64,000 bases of DNA from Lobosporangium transversale (Eukaryota): the NCBI RefSeq assembly GCF_002105155.1, contig NW_019028991.1, positions 62,001 through 126,000 on the forward strand. Direction: 5' to 3'. Of the stretch, positions 23,363 through 36,275 are shown in pieces. The notes under the pieces are model-generated. The model did not search any database, was not told the origin of the DNA, and saw only the letters and a list, made by a program, of their open reading frames with translations. Position 1 is the first letter of the stretch; every line of letters starts with the position of its first letter. The position numbers were made by a program, and so were the translations under genes.

Positions 23363-26300
23363 AGTTTCACGCGAACCGAACGCGCCTTCTTTGTATCCAG
23401 GCATATACTTAAAACAAAGCTAGTTTTGAAAAATGAGGAAGAAAGCTAACTAAAGTATGATCAACAAAGCGGTAGAGGAATAGATGGACTTTAAGCTGTT
23501 GATTCCGATGGACATAATAATATCCGCTCGTTAAAGTGGTGGCACACCTGAGCAGTATGATCATCAAATATAACAAACAGTTGATGAAGTGCTCCAAAAA
23601 AAAAAAAAAAAAAAAAAAAAAGGTCCATTTGAAGAAGCCTATGGTTACACCTAGACTGAATATGGCTGATGAATGTGAGAGTGAGAACTAGATAAACATA
23701 TTTTTCTAAAATACTCATCTGTAAAAAACAGACTCCTTGATATCTCTTTTTTTCATCATTTTTTTTCTTTGTTTTGATGTCAATTTCCATGTTAGGGGGT
23801 ACATACAAAGTAGAGCAGAATGATATCTATCTTTTTTTTTTTTTTTTTTTTTTTTTCCTTCATTCACCCCTTACACTGCACTGGCGGAGCACGGAATGAT
23901 ACAAAAGAAGATCCAGTCTGTATTGGCGCTTTTTTTTTTTTTTTTTTTTTTGTTGCACCCCTTGGTCTGGTCTGCATTGTTTTGTATCAATTGATTATGC
24001 GCACAGATTTTATATTTTTCAGAGAAATTCCTAAAAAGTACAAATGAATCAATTGATGATCATTGAGCATCGCTCAATTTGTATATAAAAAAAAAATTCT
24101 CCGCCTCCATCTCAATTCAATCTCGCTCAATAGATATCAGGAAATAGGGAAAGAACAAAGCCAGTACGGACAAGGAAGGCATATAATGTGCTATGTGCTT
24201 CTGAATGATGCCAACCACAATGACATGTAGAGTATTGAGGGCTATGATTTGAATGAGAGACATATATACACTTTCCTATATTTGCACATGTTTTATGTAT
24301 GAGTAGTAAAACTAGTAAACAGCTGTATAACCTAGTGCTTTTCAGCTAATTGGTTCCAGGTTCCTCTTTCCTTCCTCTAACCTAGTGGGTGATCAAGCAT
24401 AATCAAGCGCGCATCTTGGAATATCCAAAAGAAAAAGAAGTTTTATAGTTTTCAAAAGTTAAGTAATGATGGTTGGTACTCTTTGCTCCAAAAAAACCCA
24501 ATGTATTATTACTTGATAAAAAAAAAAATGGAGACAGATTCAGTTTGTAGTGAATAAGTTTTCTCAATAAAATATATTCAGAGAAGATCGATGCTTGAAC
24601 AAAAAAACTATTCTTTGTATTGAACAACGGAGATTGATCTCTTTACGCGTCATAAGGTCATCCACTTTGTTATCACTGAGTATCTTCTTTATACCAACTC
24701 TTTTGCCGATTTTTGTCACTAGATGACTAGACATATGTTTTGTAAAAAGGGGAAAAACTGTTTCGGCAAACTTGTTCTGTATTTTGTAGGACATAATAGC
24801 ATCATAAAATCACGCGTTTTTTTTTTTTTTTTTTTTTTTTTTTTCTTTTACCAGCATAGCTTCCCTTTACCTAGAGTTCTGTGTAATTGTGCTCCACACC
24901 TTTGGACGTTTTTTTTTTTTTTTTTTTTTTTTTTCATTCTGTACCATATTTGTTTTGGATCATCTGTGGGCAAGAAGAAAAAGTAGGAAGAGATTACAAA
25001 CATGCAAAATATCGTCATCTGTGGATGAATTGTTTTTATTGTTTTGCCCACAAAAAAGGAACTTTCTCGATTTTAATACACATTACACACAAACGCTATG
25101 CATTCTTTGTACAGCTTGGTATGCCGACACAAGTCGATCAAGAAACACATTTGTATACACAACACACATAAATTTACACACACACACATAAAAAAAAGGC
25201 AGGGGTAGGATGAACAAGATGGATAGGGCAGCGTGAGGCGTCGGAGGAAAGAATGTACATTTTTTTTTTTTTTTTTTTTTTTCTTGGGCGTGTATTGCAT
25301 TGCATATCCCTTACCATCATTTTTTGACAGGAACATCAAACCAAACAAAAAAAAAAAAAAAAAAAAAAAAAAATACTAGTTACATCTCAGAAGGTATCAC
25401 GAATGATACTGATGACGCTACTTTATTGTTGGCTTTCTTCATCTCTTCACTTCCCATCGTATTTTGCGTATTACTGAGCATGAAAGAGGTGATTAGCGTC
25501 TGTCATGATGAGACTCCGAAGCGATGACTCTTAGGCAACGTGCATGACATATAAGGCATATATGGCTTAAAAATAAAAATAAAAAAGATATACCTTTGTC
25601 TTCTATCTTATTGATACCAAGTCGATAACATGCACCTCATTGACTTGTATACAAACCACATTTGTTGTCTTTCAATTCAAAGGAAGAGAGAGCCATCTAA
25701 AAAAAAAAAAAAAAAAAAAAGAACGGAGTTGTAGCATTGTTCAAACCAAAGAAAAAAAAAAGGTCCTTCACATAACAAAACGGGCTCACTCTTACCGAAA
25801 GATGGGGGAGATGAAAAGTTCATCGCACCCAAGAACTCAGACTTCATTTTGTTTTTTTTTTTTTTTTTTTTTTTTTTTCTTTTGTACCCAGAAGAGAAAA
25901 AAATGCCTTTCTTGTTCCCCCCCCCCCCCTTTGCGAACCGTGCGTATGCATGCATGCATGTTGCGTGGATAATATCACATATTTGCTCCTTTCACTGTAC
26001 TTGGGGGGAAGCGGAAGGGGTTTGGGGAAAGATCCCATATTTTCTGTACAAAGGTTTCTTTTTTTTTTTTTTTTTTTTTTTTTTTGTCTACGTGTACTCT
26101 TATCACATATCTTCTCCCTTGTCATGTGCATGTGTGCATGTGTGCATCCTTTTTTTTTTCCGTCCTCCCCACTTATTAAAAAATATATGCCGTGCACGAA
26201 CAGAAACTTTCTCAAAGTGCAAATGATTGGTTGCCGTTGCCTGGGCTCTGTGCATCCGAGAAATCCGTGCGCCAGCTTTGCAGATGAGAAATGAAATACA

Positions 26301-26631
26301 TTAATTGGTTAACCACGTGTAACTGCAGAAAAAGAATGAACAGGCGCTTGGGGCGCGCGACAATGTACAAAGCAATAAACTATATTTGTCTTTTTATTTT
26401 TTATTTTTTTTAATAATAATGTGCATGCTTTTGTTATAAAAGCTCATGTTTTAGGTACTCTGTACAGGCTATGGGACAAAGCCTTGGTGGCCATTTAATG
26501 AAACAGATGGTAAGATGCATAAACGAAAAAAGAAAAAAAAAAAAAAAAAAAAAAGAAAATAGTATACAGCAAAAAAAACCCGATGATAAAAATGTAAAAG
26601 CTCCTTTTTAAAACTGATCCAATATCGTCGG

Positions 26632-28395
26632 TTATTCCTCAGCATCAGTATCAGCGAGCATGCCTGCACCTGCACCTGCATCCGTGCTTGTGCTCGTGCT
26701 CGTGCTCGTACCCATAGCGGCAGCAGCAGCATTTGCAGCAGCAGCTTCATACCAACTTGGTTTACATTTACGTATACGAATCAATTCTCCATTTTCTTTG
26801 AACTCTTGATAGAGTCCTTTTTTTAGACATTCAATCTTGCCCTTAGCTTCCATATGCCTTTTAACTGAGTCTAGCCGACACAGTCCACTGTTGCAGTTCA
26901 TGCATCTGTACTTGTCTTTGCCAGCAAACAGATGAACATTACGATGTCGATTGAGTTCTCGTCGAAGGTTGTAGCGATACGAGCAGTTCTCGAACGGACA
27001 TTGGAATTCACCTGCCCCATCCTTGCGATATTTATTCTGTGCACCACCGCCACCATCACCATCACCACAAGCGCCACTATTATCATTCCCACTGCTCCCA
27101 GTGTTAATGAATCTATCTAACTGTGGCAACACAATAGTAGATGATGAAGATGAATATGCAGAGTCTTCAGAGAACCGACGAACGGAGGGTGAGATTACTT
27201 TCTTGGATGATTTCTTCAGGGCCGATGTCTTTTTACGGGTAGCTGTCATGGCCGGTGCGCCTGTCATTGTTGACGACGCTGGTCTAGTTAGCATAGCTGT
27301 TGAATCCATATTCCCTTCCAAGAAGGCAGACAACATAGATGGATCCATCATTGGCAAATAATCCGTAAGTGAGACCTTAGGAGGAACCATCATTGTAAGT
27401 GCTTGATGCATGAGTGTACTGTTTACGAATGGTTTCGAGTTCAGGGATGGTTCGTTCATCATATAGGAAGAGGGAGGCGATGACATTGATGAAGATGATG
27501 AGGGTGGTGAGGTTGAGGATAAGGGTGAGGACAGCGATGAGGATGAAGAGCAGGAAGATGATGCAGAAGGAACATTACTGTAGTGGATACTAGGCACAGG
27601 CATGAGGGATGTTCCATCGAACCGGTAGATCGTACCATCTGGCATGATAAAGTCTTCAACGTACGGATGAGTGATATAGGAGGCCGCTAAGCATTCAGAG
27701 CTTGTGCACGCAAGTGTGGGAGCTACTGACTGAGAGGATAGGGTTAAGCTATCTTCTTGTAATATGGATTCTATCATTGGACTTTCGTTCATATCGGCAT
27801 ATTCGATACCGTTCATGGGGATAAAGGAATTTCGGCGGCTGTGTGGGCCCGAAAGGCAGGGAGAAGAGAACCCGGAAGAGTTTGAGCTACTATGCAACAT
27901 GAGGGACGTTGGATCAATGCAGGTCATGACGCTTGAGGACCGGCTCATAGCGATAGAGGGCTCTAGCGCATTGGATAAGGCGCTTCTCATGGCCCCCATA
28001 GCGGCAGTATCATAGTAATTGACTGATGCATCAGCCATACAGATATCGTATTCATCTTTGTTAGCGCTTTTAGTGTTCAGATCGGAGCGTTGATTAAAGT
28101 TGGTTGGATAACAGGGCGATGAAATCGAAGAGAAAGCAGATGGAGTCGATGGCACCACAAGTGGGAAGGCTTTTTCAGCGTTTGGTGCGTGTTGGTGAAG
28201 GCTAGGGAAATATTGTTGCTGTTGCAGGTGAAGTAATAGTTGTTGTTGGTCTTGTGTCTGAGGGGTGTTATCGAATGAAGGCCATACAGTGATGGGTGAG
28301 GATGATTTTAGTCCAGAGTTATTGTTTAGGTCGTACAAAGAAGTGTAGATAAACCCATCGAGAGGAAAAGACGAGTCCATTGTTTGTTTGCTCAT
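26632..28395 (-). CDS. Zinc-finger transcription factor B (C2H2 + C2HC), about 587 aa from ATG 28395
   Basis: CPFENCSYRYNLRRELNRHRNVH and CMNCNSGLCRLDSVKRHMEAKGKIEC, with a Ser/Met-rich disordered N-terminus. Confidence 0.9.
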   Translation of the reverse strand: MSKQTMDSSFPLDGFIYTSLYDLNNNSGLKSSSPITVWPSFDNTPQTQDQQQLLLHLQQQQYFPSLHQHAPNAEKAFPLVVPSTPSAFSSISSPCYPTNFNQRSDLNTKSANKDEYDICMADASVNYYDTAAMGAMRSALSNALEPSIAMSRSSSVMTCIDPTSLMLHSSSNSSGFSSPCLSGPHSRRNSFIPMNGIEYADMNESPMIESILQEDSLTLSSQSVAPTLACTSSECLAASYITHPYVEDFIMPDGTIYRFDGTSLMPVPSIHYSNVPSASSSCSSSSSLSSPLSSTSPPSSSSSMSSPPSSYMMNEPSLNSKPFVNSTLMHQALTMMVPPKVSLTDYLPMMDPSMLSAFLEGNMDSTAMLTRPASSTMTGAPAMTATRKKTSALKKSSKKVISPSVRRFSEDSAYSSSSSTIVLPQLDRFINTGSSGNDNSGACGDGDGGGGAQNKYRKDGAGEFQCPFENCSYRYNLRRELNRHRNVHLFAGKDKYRCMNCNSGLCRLDSVKRHMEAKGKIECLKKGLYQEFKENGELIRIRKCKPSWYEAAAANAAAAAMGTSTSTSTSTDAGAGAGMLADTDAEE

Positions 28396-31300
28396 TATGA
28401 TTTTTTTTTTTTTTTTTACACGTTGAAACTTAGCGTAAAGACAGCTTCGAGTTAAACAAAGACTATAATTTGTAGCACGGTTTCTCAAAAACAAGGATTA
28501 GAGGCAAGGAGGCAGAGAGCAGAAACGAAGACACAAAAGCCTATTTTCCTCTTTTTTCCTTTCTATTGATGTTAGAGACAAACAACAAAGGACAAAGGTC
28601 TTAATGAAAGTGGAGGAGATGGAAGAAAGGAAAATAAAAGAAATAAGAAATAAGAATAACAACAAAAAGAACCAATAGCTATTAAATAGGGAACGGAGTA
28701 CTGCCAAAGATGTATCCATGGATGCAATGATGGAAAGAAAAGGGTTGAGTGGGTGTGAACAAGAGGGAAAAGAAGAAGAAGAAGAAAGAGAGAACCTGAA
28801 GGAAAAGAAATAATAATAATAATAAGAAAAATAAAAATAAAGACGCCTCTCAAAACCAGCTTGTAACCTTTCTCCTCATCGTATCTTGTTATGAGACGCA
28901 TTAGCAAACAACAATAGGCAACAAAAATAAAATAATATAAAATAGATAAAGTAAAAAGTGAGGCTCCTGTAACTCCCACTCACGCGAACCCCAGATTAGA
29001 TCACTGTCCGGGAGAAAAGTCCTATGAAGGCCTTGTTCGGTGTATTTTTGTCAAGAATTGAAGAAATGAAAAATCTTTTGCCACATTCTCTATTGGAAGG
29101 CTAGTTCTATGGCATTTTTTTTTTTTTTTTTTTTTTTAACATTAGATATGACAGAACACGGAGGGCTGGCCCAACGCGTATCATGTAGTGCATAATAATC
29201 AAGAGAATATAGTCAATGATCAGAAAAAAAAAAATCTTTATGCCTTCATTAGAACGCTCGTCTTGTCCTGCAGGAGAAAGAGGAGGAAGAAGAAAATGTA
29301 TTAAGTCTAAAAGAAAAAAAGGTCACAGGTGTATCATTTGTGGCATCCTCTCTTTGCTTGATGATTCGCGCCATCATTCATCTGCCATGTAAATGTCCCG
29401 AAAATACCGGTGACTACCTCAGCCACTAATTGTTTCGTCCTCTCTTCCTTTCCCCCCTTTCCCCCCTTCCGTCCACTTCCTTTTCCCCCACTTGTCTAGG
29501 TCGCGACATTGACGGAATGTGTTTGCAATGTGTGCCACAGGATATGGTTGAGGCTACAAGGTTGTCTGTAGAGCTGACTTGATATAGTATGATCTTAATC
29601 ATGCGTCAAGCGGCGAATTTCTGAGTTTCCTCAAAAGCATGAATATGTGAATTGAATCAAGAAGAAGGTTGGTAGATCAATGTTGTTGTACCACAGCTTA
29701 TTAAGCATTGTATAGAACGGTACGAACTAAATTTATAGAAAAGTAAACAAACAAACAAAAGCAGAGCATCAGAATAAGCCATCACTTGAACATTGTTCGA
29801 GAGTGTGGTCCGAGTAAAGGCTCGGGGAGGATATCAGGAAAATACGATGGCCGTCCATCCTCCTCAAACATTTCTCTATCCGAGTATTAAGGTATAGTTG
29901 AAAACTGGTTACTGTCCCCACCAGATATATATATTAAAAATAGAAGAAAAAAAATCTATTTATGTTTGGGTGGAGCGGGTGGAGCGGGTGGAGGGGCTTG
30001 TGAAGCATTGATAGTCTATATTTGAGCATGGAAGCATCGAATAGTCCGTACTTAATATGGAAAAGAGAAGAGGGAAAAAAAAAAAAGAGGAAGAACAGTG
30101 GTTCGCACGACACTCCTTCCTCCGTCTCCACGAAAAATAAAAGTTGAAACAAGTGTTCAGGGAGGAGAAGAGAGATGCCAAGGTACACACAAGAATATAC
30201 ATCGACACAGCATGCTGACTCAACCGTGATTTCGGAAGGAGGTTTTTTTTTTTTTTTTTTTTTAGGTTCAGCCATCTTGGAACGAAATTGATGGCGATAT
30301 CATCCCGATAACCATGACCAGCCACAAAAAATGTAGATATTTAACAGATGATACTGTCAGTTACCGAACCTTGGCCAGGTAAAAACCTGCTTTATGGTCA
30401 AGAAGCTAAGAAGGGGAAATGCGGGGTTATAGAAAACGCAAGCTCATAGTATGGTCTGAGATTGCAAAATGGTTCATTCCTGTTTGTCACAAACACGACG
30501 CATTTACTACGTATAAAGAGAAAAAATAGATGTATGTGTGAGCGGAGGTCAGTATATGCAGCTCTACCTACTGCCATTTTGTGTCATCAACTCTTAAACA
30601 TGTTCAGAAGACTAAAGTCTCCCATTGTTGACATGTTGACAGGGAATAAGATTTCGCCCCCCCACAACTTTCACCGCAGCACGATATGCAACCTTGTACG
30701 TAAATACGTACGTAGATCGACGCGTCTTTGATCGCCTAAAAAGGAATGATCTTGCACTTTTTTTATTTGTTTGTTCCCCTTACTCCATGACCAAAAAAAA
30801 AAAAAAAAGCAAACTGATCCCCTTTTTCTATTGACCGATATCGCAAAGAAAAAGAAACGGCAGGTTTTTTTTTCTTTTTTTTTTTTTTTACACCATTGCC
30901 CAAACTTGCATTTTTTTTTTTTTTTTTCCTTTCCTCCCTATCCCTGTTGCCGAGCGGCATATCAAATGTTACATCCAAGGCTGTTTAAAACAAAAAACAA
31001 AGGGAAAAAAAAAGCAAATGGTTTGGTCTTTGCTTTGTCATGCTAGCTTGCTTTTCATCTGCTCTCTAATGCTCCAAGTAAATCTGCAAAATACGTTTTT
31101 ATGGACATCATACAATGACGTAAAATGAGGGTACTTAACCAGATGTAGCAAAACAAAATAAAAATACTCTTCATGAATGCAAATACGTTTTATTTACTTT
31201 TTTATTTTTTTTTTTATTTGTTTTTGTTTTCGTATCGCTTTCAGCGGGGTAAATGAGAAAGAAAAAAAAATGCATGAGAAAAAAAGAAGGCGAGTTCTAG

Positions 31301-31427
31301 CAAAGTACAATGGAATGCGGGGGATACAAATGGATACGAAAGAAATAATAAAAATAAACAAACTTACAAGCAATGCGAAAAGTAATCGAGCATTAACTGT
31401 AGCTTTTTTTTTTTTTTTTTTTTCCTT

Positions 31428-31761
31428 TCACAATTTACTCTTTGCCAAGGAATACCTGGCCCTGATTTGTTCTAGGTCGACGACCTGAGTCTTCTTTCCA
31501 TGACCCCCTTTGGGGTTGAATCTCACTGTTGTTTCAACCTCGTTTTCAGAACGCATGACGCTATAAACCCTCATTCGGTAACACCGTGAGGTTGGTTGCG
31601 CACGTCGTATATGCCTTTGAACGGAATACTCATTACATAATGGACCTTGACATCCTTCGCACCGTATAGGTGCATAACGCCCTCGCCACACATGTGAACC
31701 CATATGCCGGTCAAGCGACGGTCGGCTTGAGCATATGACGGTACACTCCGGTATTAAACAC

Positions 31762-31818
<57 letters not shown>

Positions 31819-32912
31819 GAAAAGAAAAAACATGTTATGAAAGATACCCAATAATTTACGATAATGATTTAAGGAACTAAAAGGAATAGAAACACAAAAC
31901 GATAGAAAAGATATAAGCTTACAGGATATTTAATTTTGGGTTTGTTGAGATTTGTTTTCTTGGATGTACATGCCCGTTTCCTTTTTGGTTTGTTATGAAT
32001 ATCCGTCGCATCCGAATCGGAAAAATCCAGTTCTTGTTTGTGGGCTACTGTGGAACTCCCAGAAACTTCAACGGCAAAAGGGCCCGGAACCGTTAGCGGA
32101 AATGGATGACTCCACTGTTCCATAGGTGGCGGCTGCATAGATAATTGTCTATGAACCATAGCGGTGTTGAATACTCCCACTGGTGAAGCTGAATTCGTAA
32201 AGGCAACCATATGCTCCAGTCCTGCCAAAGCAGGGTTGTAGGCTCCTTCGTCATCTGTGATATCGAAATAAGACTCCGTCGCCGGAGAGCGGGCCTCCGG
32301 GCTCGATATGGGGGATATTCCATCAAAGAATGTGTTTGGCGCAAAGTTTGGCATTATTGAAATAGATTGAATGTCCAAAACTTGCTCCATTGGCATTGAA
32401 TGGTAAGCTAAATAAAGCGGTATATTGTCCCGCTTGTTGGTTGGCACTTGACTACCATGGGCTGCCTCCAAAGCGGCTACCTGGAGGGGCGGCATAGCGC
32501 TCGGTTGCTGCTGCTGTTGCTGCTGCTGCTCATTAGAAGTATGGCCTTGGGGATGATGGGTCTCGAAAGCAGATTGATAAACCAATCCTTGGTTCGGCTG
32601 AATGAACAAGCCTTCTGACCATTGCAGTGGCTGCGACTGCTCAACAATCTGCCCGCTCATTTCTGTAACTTGCTGTGGGGTATATTCTGCTGCTAATGAT
32701 TCATGAGATGAAGCGTGCAGTATATACCGGTCGGCGACCGAGTCTTCCTCCAAAGGAAAAATAGACTGGCATCTATTTAACCTAAGGTAGTGATCTAATA
32801 TGTCCTCACTTGGCGCTAGGTCGAGTGACCCAGTGGCTACGGATGGGATTAGACATACATCGCCATCCAAACTATGGGCTATGGGTGAATATGAATAGGT
32901 GGTGGTTTGCAT
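31428..32912 (-). CDS. Zinc-finger transcription factor C (C2H2 + C2HC). Exons 32912-31923, 31760-31428; about 440 aa
   Basis: A GTAAGC...AAG intron joins KIKYP to CLIPECTVICSSRPSLDRHMGSH...CEGCQGPLCNEYSVQRHIRRAQPTSRC. Basic NLS KPKRKR precedes the fingers. Total 1323 nt. Confidence 0.85.
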
Positions 32913-35299
32913 GAAGAAATATGGGGATGTGAAAGTGAATAATAAGTGCTTTTTGGGAGGGAGGTTTAAAAAGCGTGGGTGAGTGCAAAATAAATATAAA
33001 AAGGTCGTTGAGGAAAATCAAAGAAAAGGAAAGAAAAAAGACATGCAGGTAATTACGTCGGCTTTTATAGCTTTTATATCCTTTCTTTGCCCAATTGAAG
33101 CAAATGCATCCATCGTTACCAAATTATTGGACGAGACACACAGAGAAGTGCGCTTTAGTCAAAGCGCTGGTCACTGCAGTCTCAAGAGGATAGGCATAAG
33201 AGAAAAGTAAGGGGGATATAGTATCAACAATTGTAATTTTACATTTAGCCACGTCCATACTCATGTACATTTTAATACATGCAAGGGCGTGGTAAAGAAG
33301 ACAATTGGTCAATAAAAAAATAAAAAAGCTTTTTAGAGTAACAATGTGATGTAAAACTGTAAAACAATGAGCTATCGAAGTAATCAAAATTAATTCAAAA
33401 AGTAAAATAAAATAAAAAATAAAAAAAAGATCCCTTCGATGGTGATCGACAGTATCACATACTTTCTTCCAGCAACGTCAATAGTTATGAGTGACCCTAT
33501 CTATCAGAATTTGCTGCAGCGTGCATGTGACACAACGTTGGTTGGGAAAGGTGTGAATTTCATGATTGACTTACCAGATCAATGGTCCTCCACAAAGGAT
33601 CATGCGGGATATGCTGTATTGATGTGGTCGAAGGTTTGTGCGTGATGATTGTTGTCAACACAGACTGGATTCGACTTTGCATTTCGTTTTTTTTTATCTT
33701 TTATTGCTTTTAGGAAGTATATAGCAATGTATTACACTTTTACTTCAACATCTTCCGTGCGCGACTTGCCCTCAATACCTCGATGTTCTCAATAAAGAGC
33801 CAGTATATCGGTAGTCATAGCTTTTCATAAGATGAAGATGTCAACCTCAATCTCTAAATGCAATTATATTTGTTCTTCTAACAATCTAATAGCAGCATCC
33901 CTGCATTTATATTCGCTCATTGTTTTTTTTTTTTTTTTTTTTACTATTGGGCTTTCCAAGAGCGCTTGCTGATGTTTGAAAGCGTACATCATAAACAAAA
34001 AGAGGAAATGGAGAGATGCCTGCATGTATATGAATTATTTGTGCCCAGCCACCCTCATCCGTTTTTTTTTTTTTTTTCGTCCATTGTAGATGCTGGCAGA
34101 TATCCAAGAAGAATAAAGCAGGCGAATAAAAAAAAAAAAAAAAAAAAAAAGTTTGATATACATGCGAGATATGCGTTCAGAGAAAGCATTTTTTTTTTCT
34201 ATATAAATGGTAGAACAGCCGTTGTTTTTTCTTGTGAGATCCTACCTTTGTTTAAAAAACAAAAGAAGGATCGAGCTCTTTGATGACCAAAAAGTTCAGG
34301 TTAACAACCACAAAATATAATAATAACAATAAAGACTTGTTTCGTTATTGGTTCCTCTTTCCTAGCTGCATGCTTGATTTGAGGATACAACTTATTGAAG
34401 GGGGATGGGCTGAAGGTGAGGAGAACGCAGGTCTCCAACCAATGCTAGTGCTCTCGGGCTTTTGGAAAAGAAAAGAGTAGAAAAAGAGATGACGCCTTGA
34501 TTGGATTCGGATCAACTGTTTTTCATGTCGTATATGAAAAAAAAGATATCCGGCCTGGGTGCTGTCGCACTGCCTTGGGCTCCCTGTCTGTTTACTCTCC
34601 ACTATCTCTTGGGGGGGGGGGGGGAGGGTTTTTTCTTGTTGTTGCAATTGCTATTTGTGCATCCAGTAAGTACCCTTTTCTACGATTTTATTGGTACTTT
34701 GGGAATCCGCTACAGGATACCCAAGTCAAAACTCAATTCAGAGCCCTATTTCGCCCTCCATCTTTGTTCTACTACCTATCCTAGCGCCGCAATTGACTTT
34801 TTCAGGACAAAAGAAACTAAGGGATGCAAGGAGTCGATTTTGGCGCAGCAAAAAACGATCGCTTCTCAGGACGTGTTGAAATAAATGGATAATGATTGGT
34901 CCTTTGGTACAGTGAGCAAAAAATAAATAGTGTTAATGAGAGCAACTTAGGAGAAAAAAAAAAAAAAAAAAAAAATGGCGATACACCGTTTTACATTCTG
35001 TGTCCAATGTTCAATGTTCTTTTTTTTTTTTTTTTTTTTACTCTCTCCATGAATGCTACAAGGTAAAAAATATGGTGTATCTTGCTCCCCTTAATACTAA
35101 ACTTTCCCATAACAGAGATCGAATATATATACTATGTCACTTGTAGAAAATAAATAAAAAGCATCACCCCCATTTATTTCTTCGTCATTATCGTCGTTCC
35201 CCTGATCAGTCAATATCTTTTATGTTTCTACAGATCACATTACTAGGATGATTAACGTCCCAAGTCATAAGAAATCATATTCTTTAGAAGTCGTCAACA

Positions 35300-36030
35300 T
35301 CCTACTCCCTTGAACTATTGAATTGGATATATTGGGTGACCTGTGCTCTTTTTATAGGGCCCTTGATACAAGTCAGCTGGAGCACATTTATTATCCCTGC
35401 CAGCTGTGTTTGCGTTGCCTAAAGCGAGGATTGCAACTAAGGCAGAGAGGTTCATATGCATAAATTCTTTATATTCACTGCTTTAAACATAACGATGCTT
35501 CCTCGATGCGTCCGATGCCATCAGCCTTGATAGCATGGGATAGTTCGATATACAAAACAGTGCCCTTCATGAAGAAGTCCAGGGAGAATTCTGTAGCTGT
35601 TTCCTGCTGGATGTTTGCTGGTGAAGTTTTCAATTCATCGAGCTTGACAAGTATATTAACTTCCCTGTCGCGTGCTTTTAACAACTACCTCAGAGCAAGC
35701 TATAAGGAACTTGGTTTTTTGCTTTTTACTGAGCTTTCTCCAAAGCATGACGACATCTCCTGGACAATGACCGCCATAGAAAGTTTGAGCTATATGCGAT
35801 ACGATCTCTAGTTGAAGTAAAGAATACTGTTATCATTGTCGCGAATTACGTGTCATTCTCCTTCATGATGTCAATAGCATTCAGCGGCACTCCTGGATTA
35901 GCTACTGGATGTTTGTTGAATGAAAGGAAAGGACATGAATGTTGCTTCTGCTGATTACTTACTGAGAACAGATGATCAGAGTTGGGAAGAAACAAGTCCC
36001 AAGCCTCGTTCCCCTGAAAACCTGTCAATG
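35300..36030 (-). pseudogene. Degenerate DUF6589-like, TE-associated ORF relic
   Basis: Broken frames give FFMKGTVLYIELSHAIKADGIGRIEE, then KN/YAYEPLCL, NTAG and PADLYQ. These follow the order I recall for fungal DUF6589 proteins (LF.RD..Y.EL..AIK.GD.GRIE...NYA.E.L...N..G...P.DL.QEH). Many stops and frameshifts. Confidence 0.6.
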
Positions 36031-36275
36031 CTCAAATAATTCGCGTAGCGTCAAGTGACGTCAACAACCTTCCAAGGTTAATTACATCTGACCGCTTGCA
36101 AACTGTTGCACCCAAAATCATGAATGATACTCATAATTCTTAAAAAAAAGACCGCCTGCTCTTTTATAAAACTACAAATTCTAAGCCGAGGAAGGCCTAA
36201 TGAAGCGAAAATAAAAATACTACATTGACTTCTAGGCGATGTGATGTGATCATTTTTTAGACAGATCTAGTTACA

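Noticed and set aside
20234..26294. Numerous short ORFs rich in poly-F or poly-K
   Set aside because: They are translations of A/T homopolymer runs with no domain-like content.
29029..29042. GGCCTTGTTCGG resembling a Tourist/Harbinger TIR
   Set aside because: No matching inverted partner was found nearby.
33420..33910. Homopolymer-poor stretch that might be a reverse-transcriptase or TE relic
   Set aside because: No ordered set of recognisable motifs could be read in any frame.
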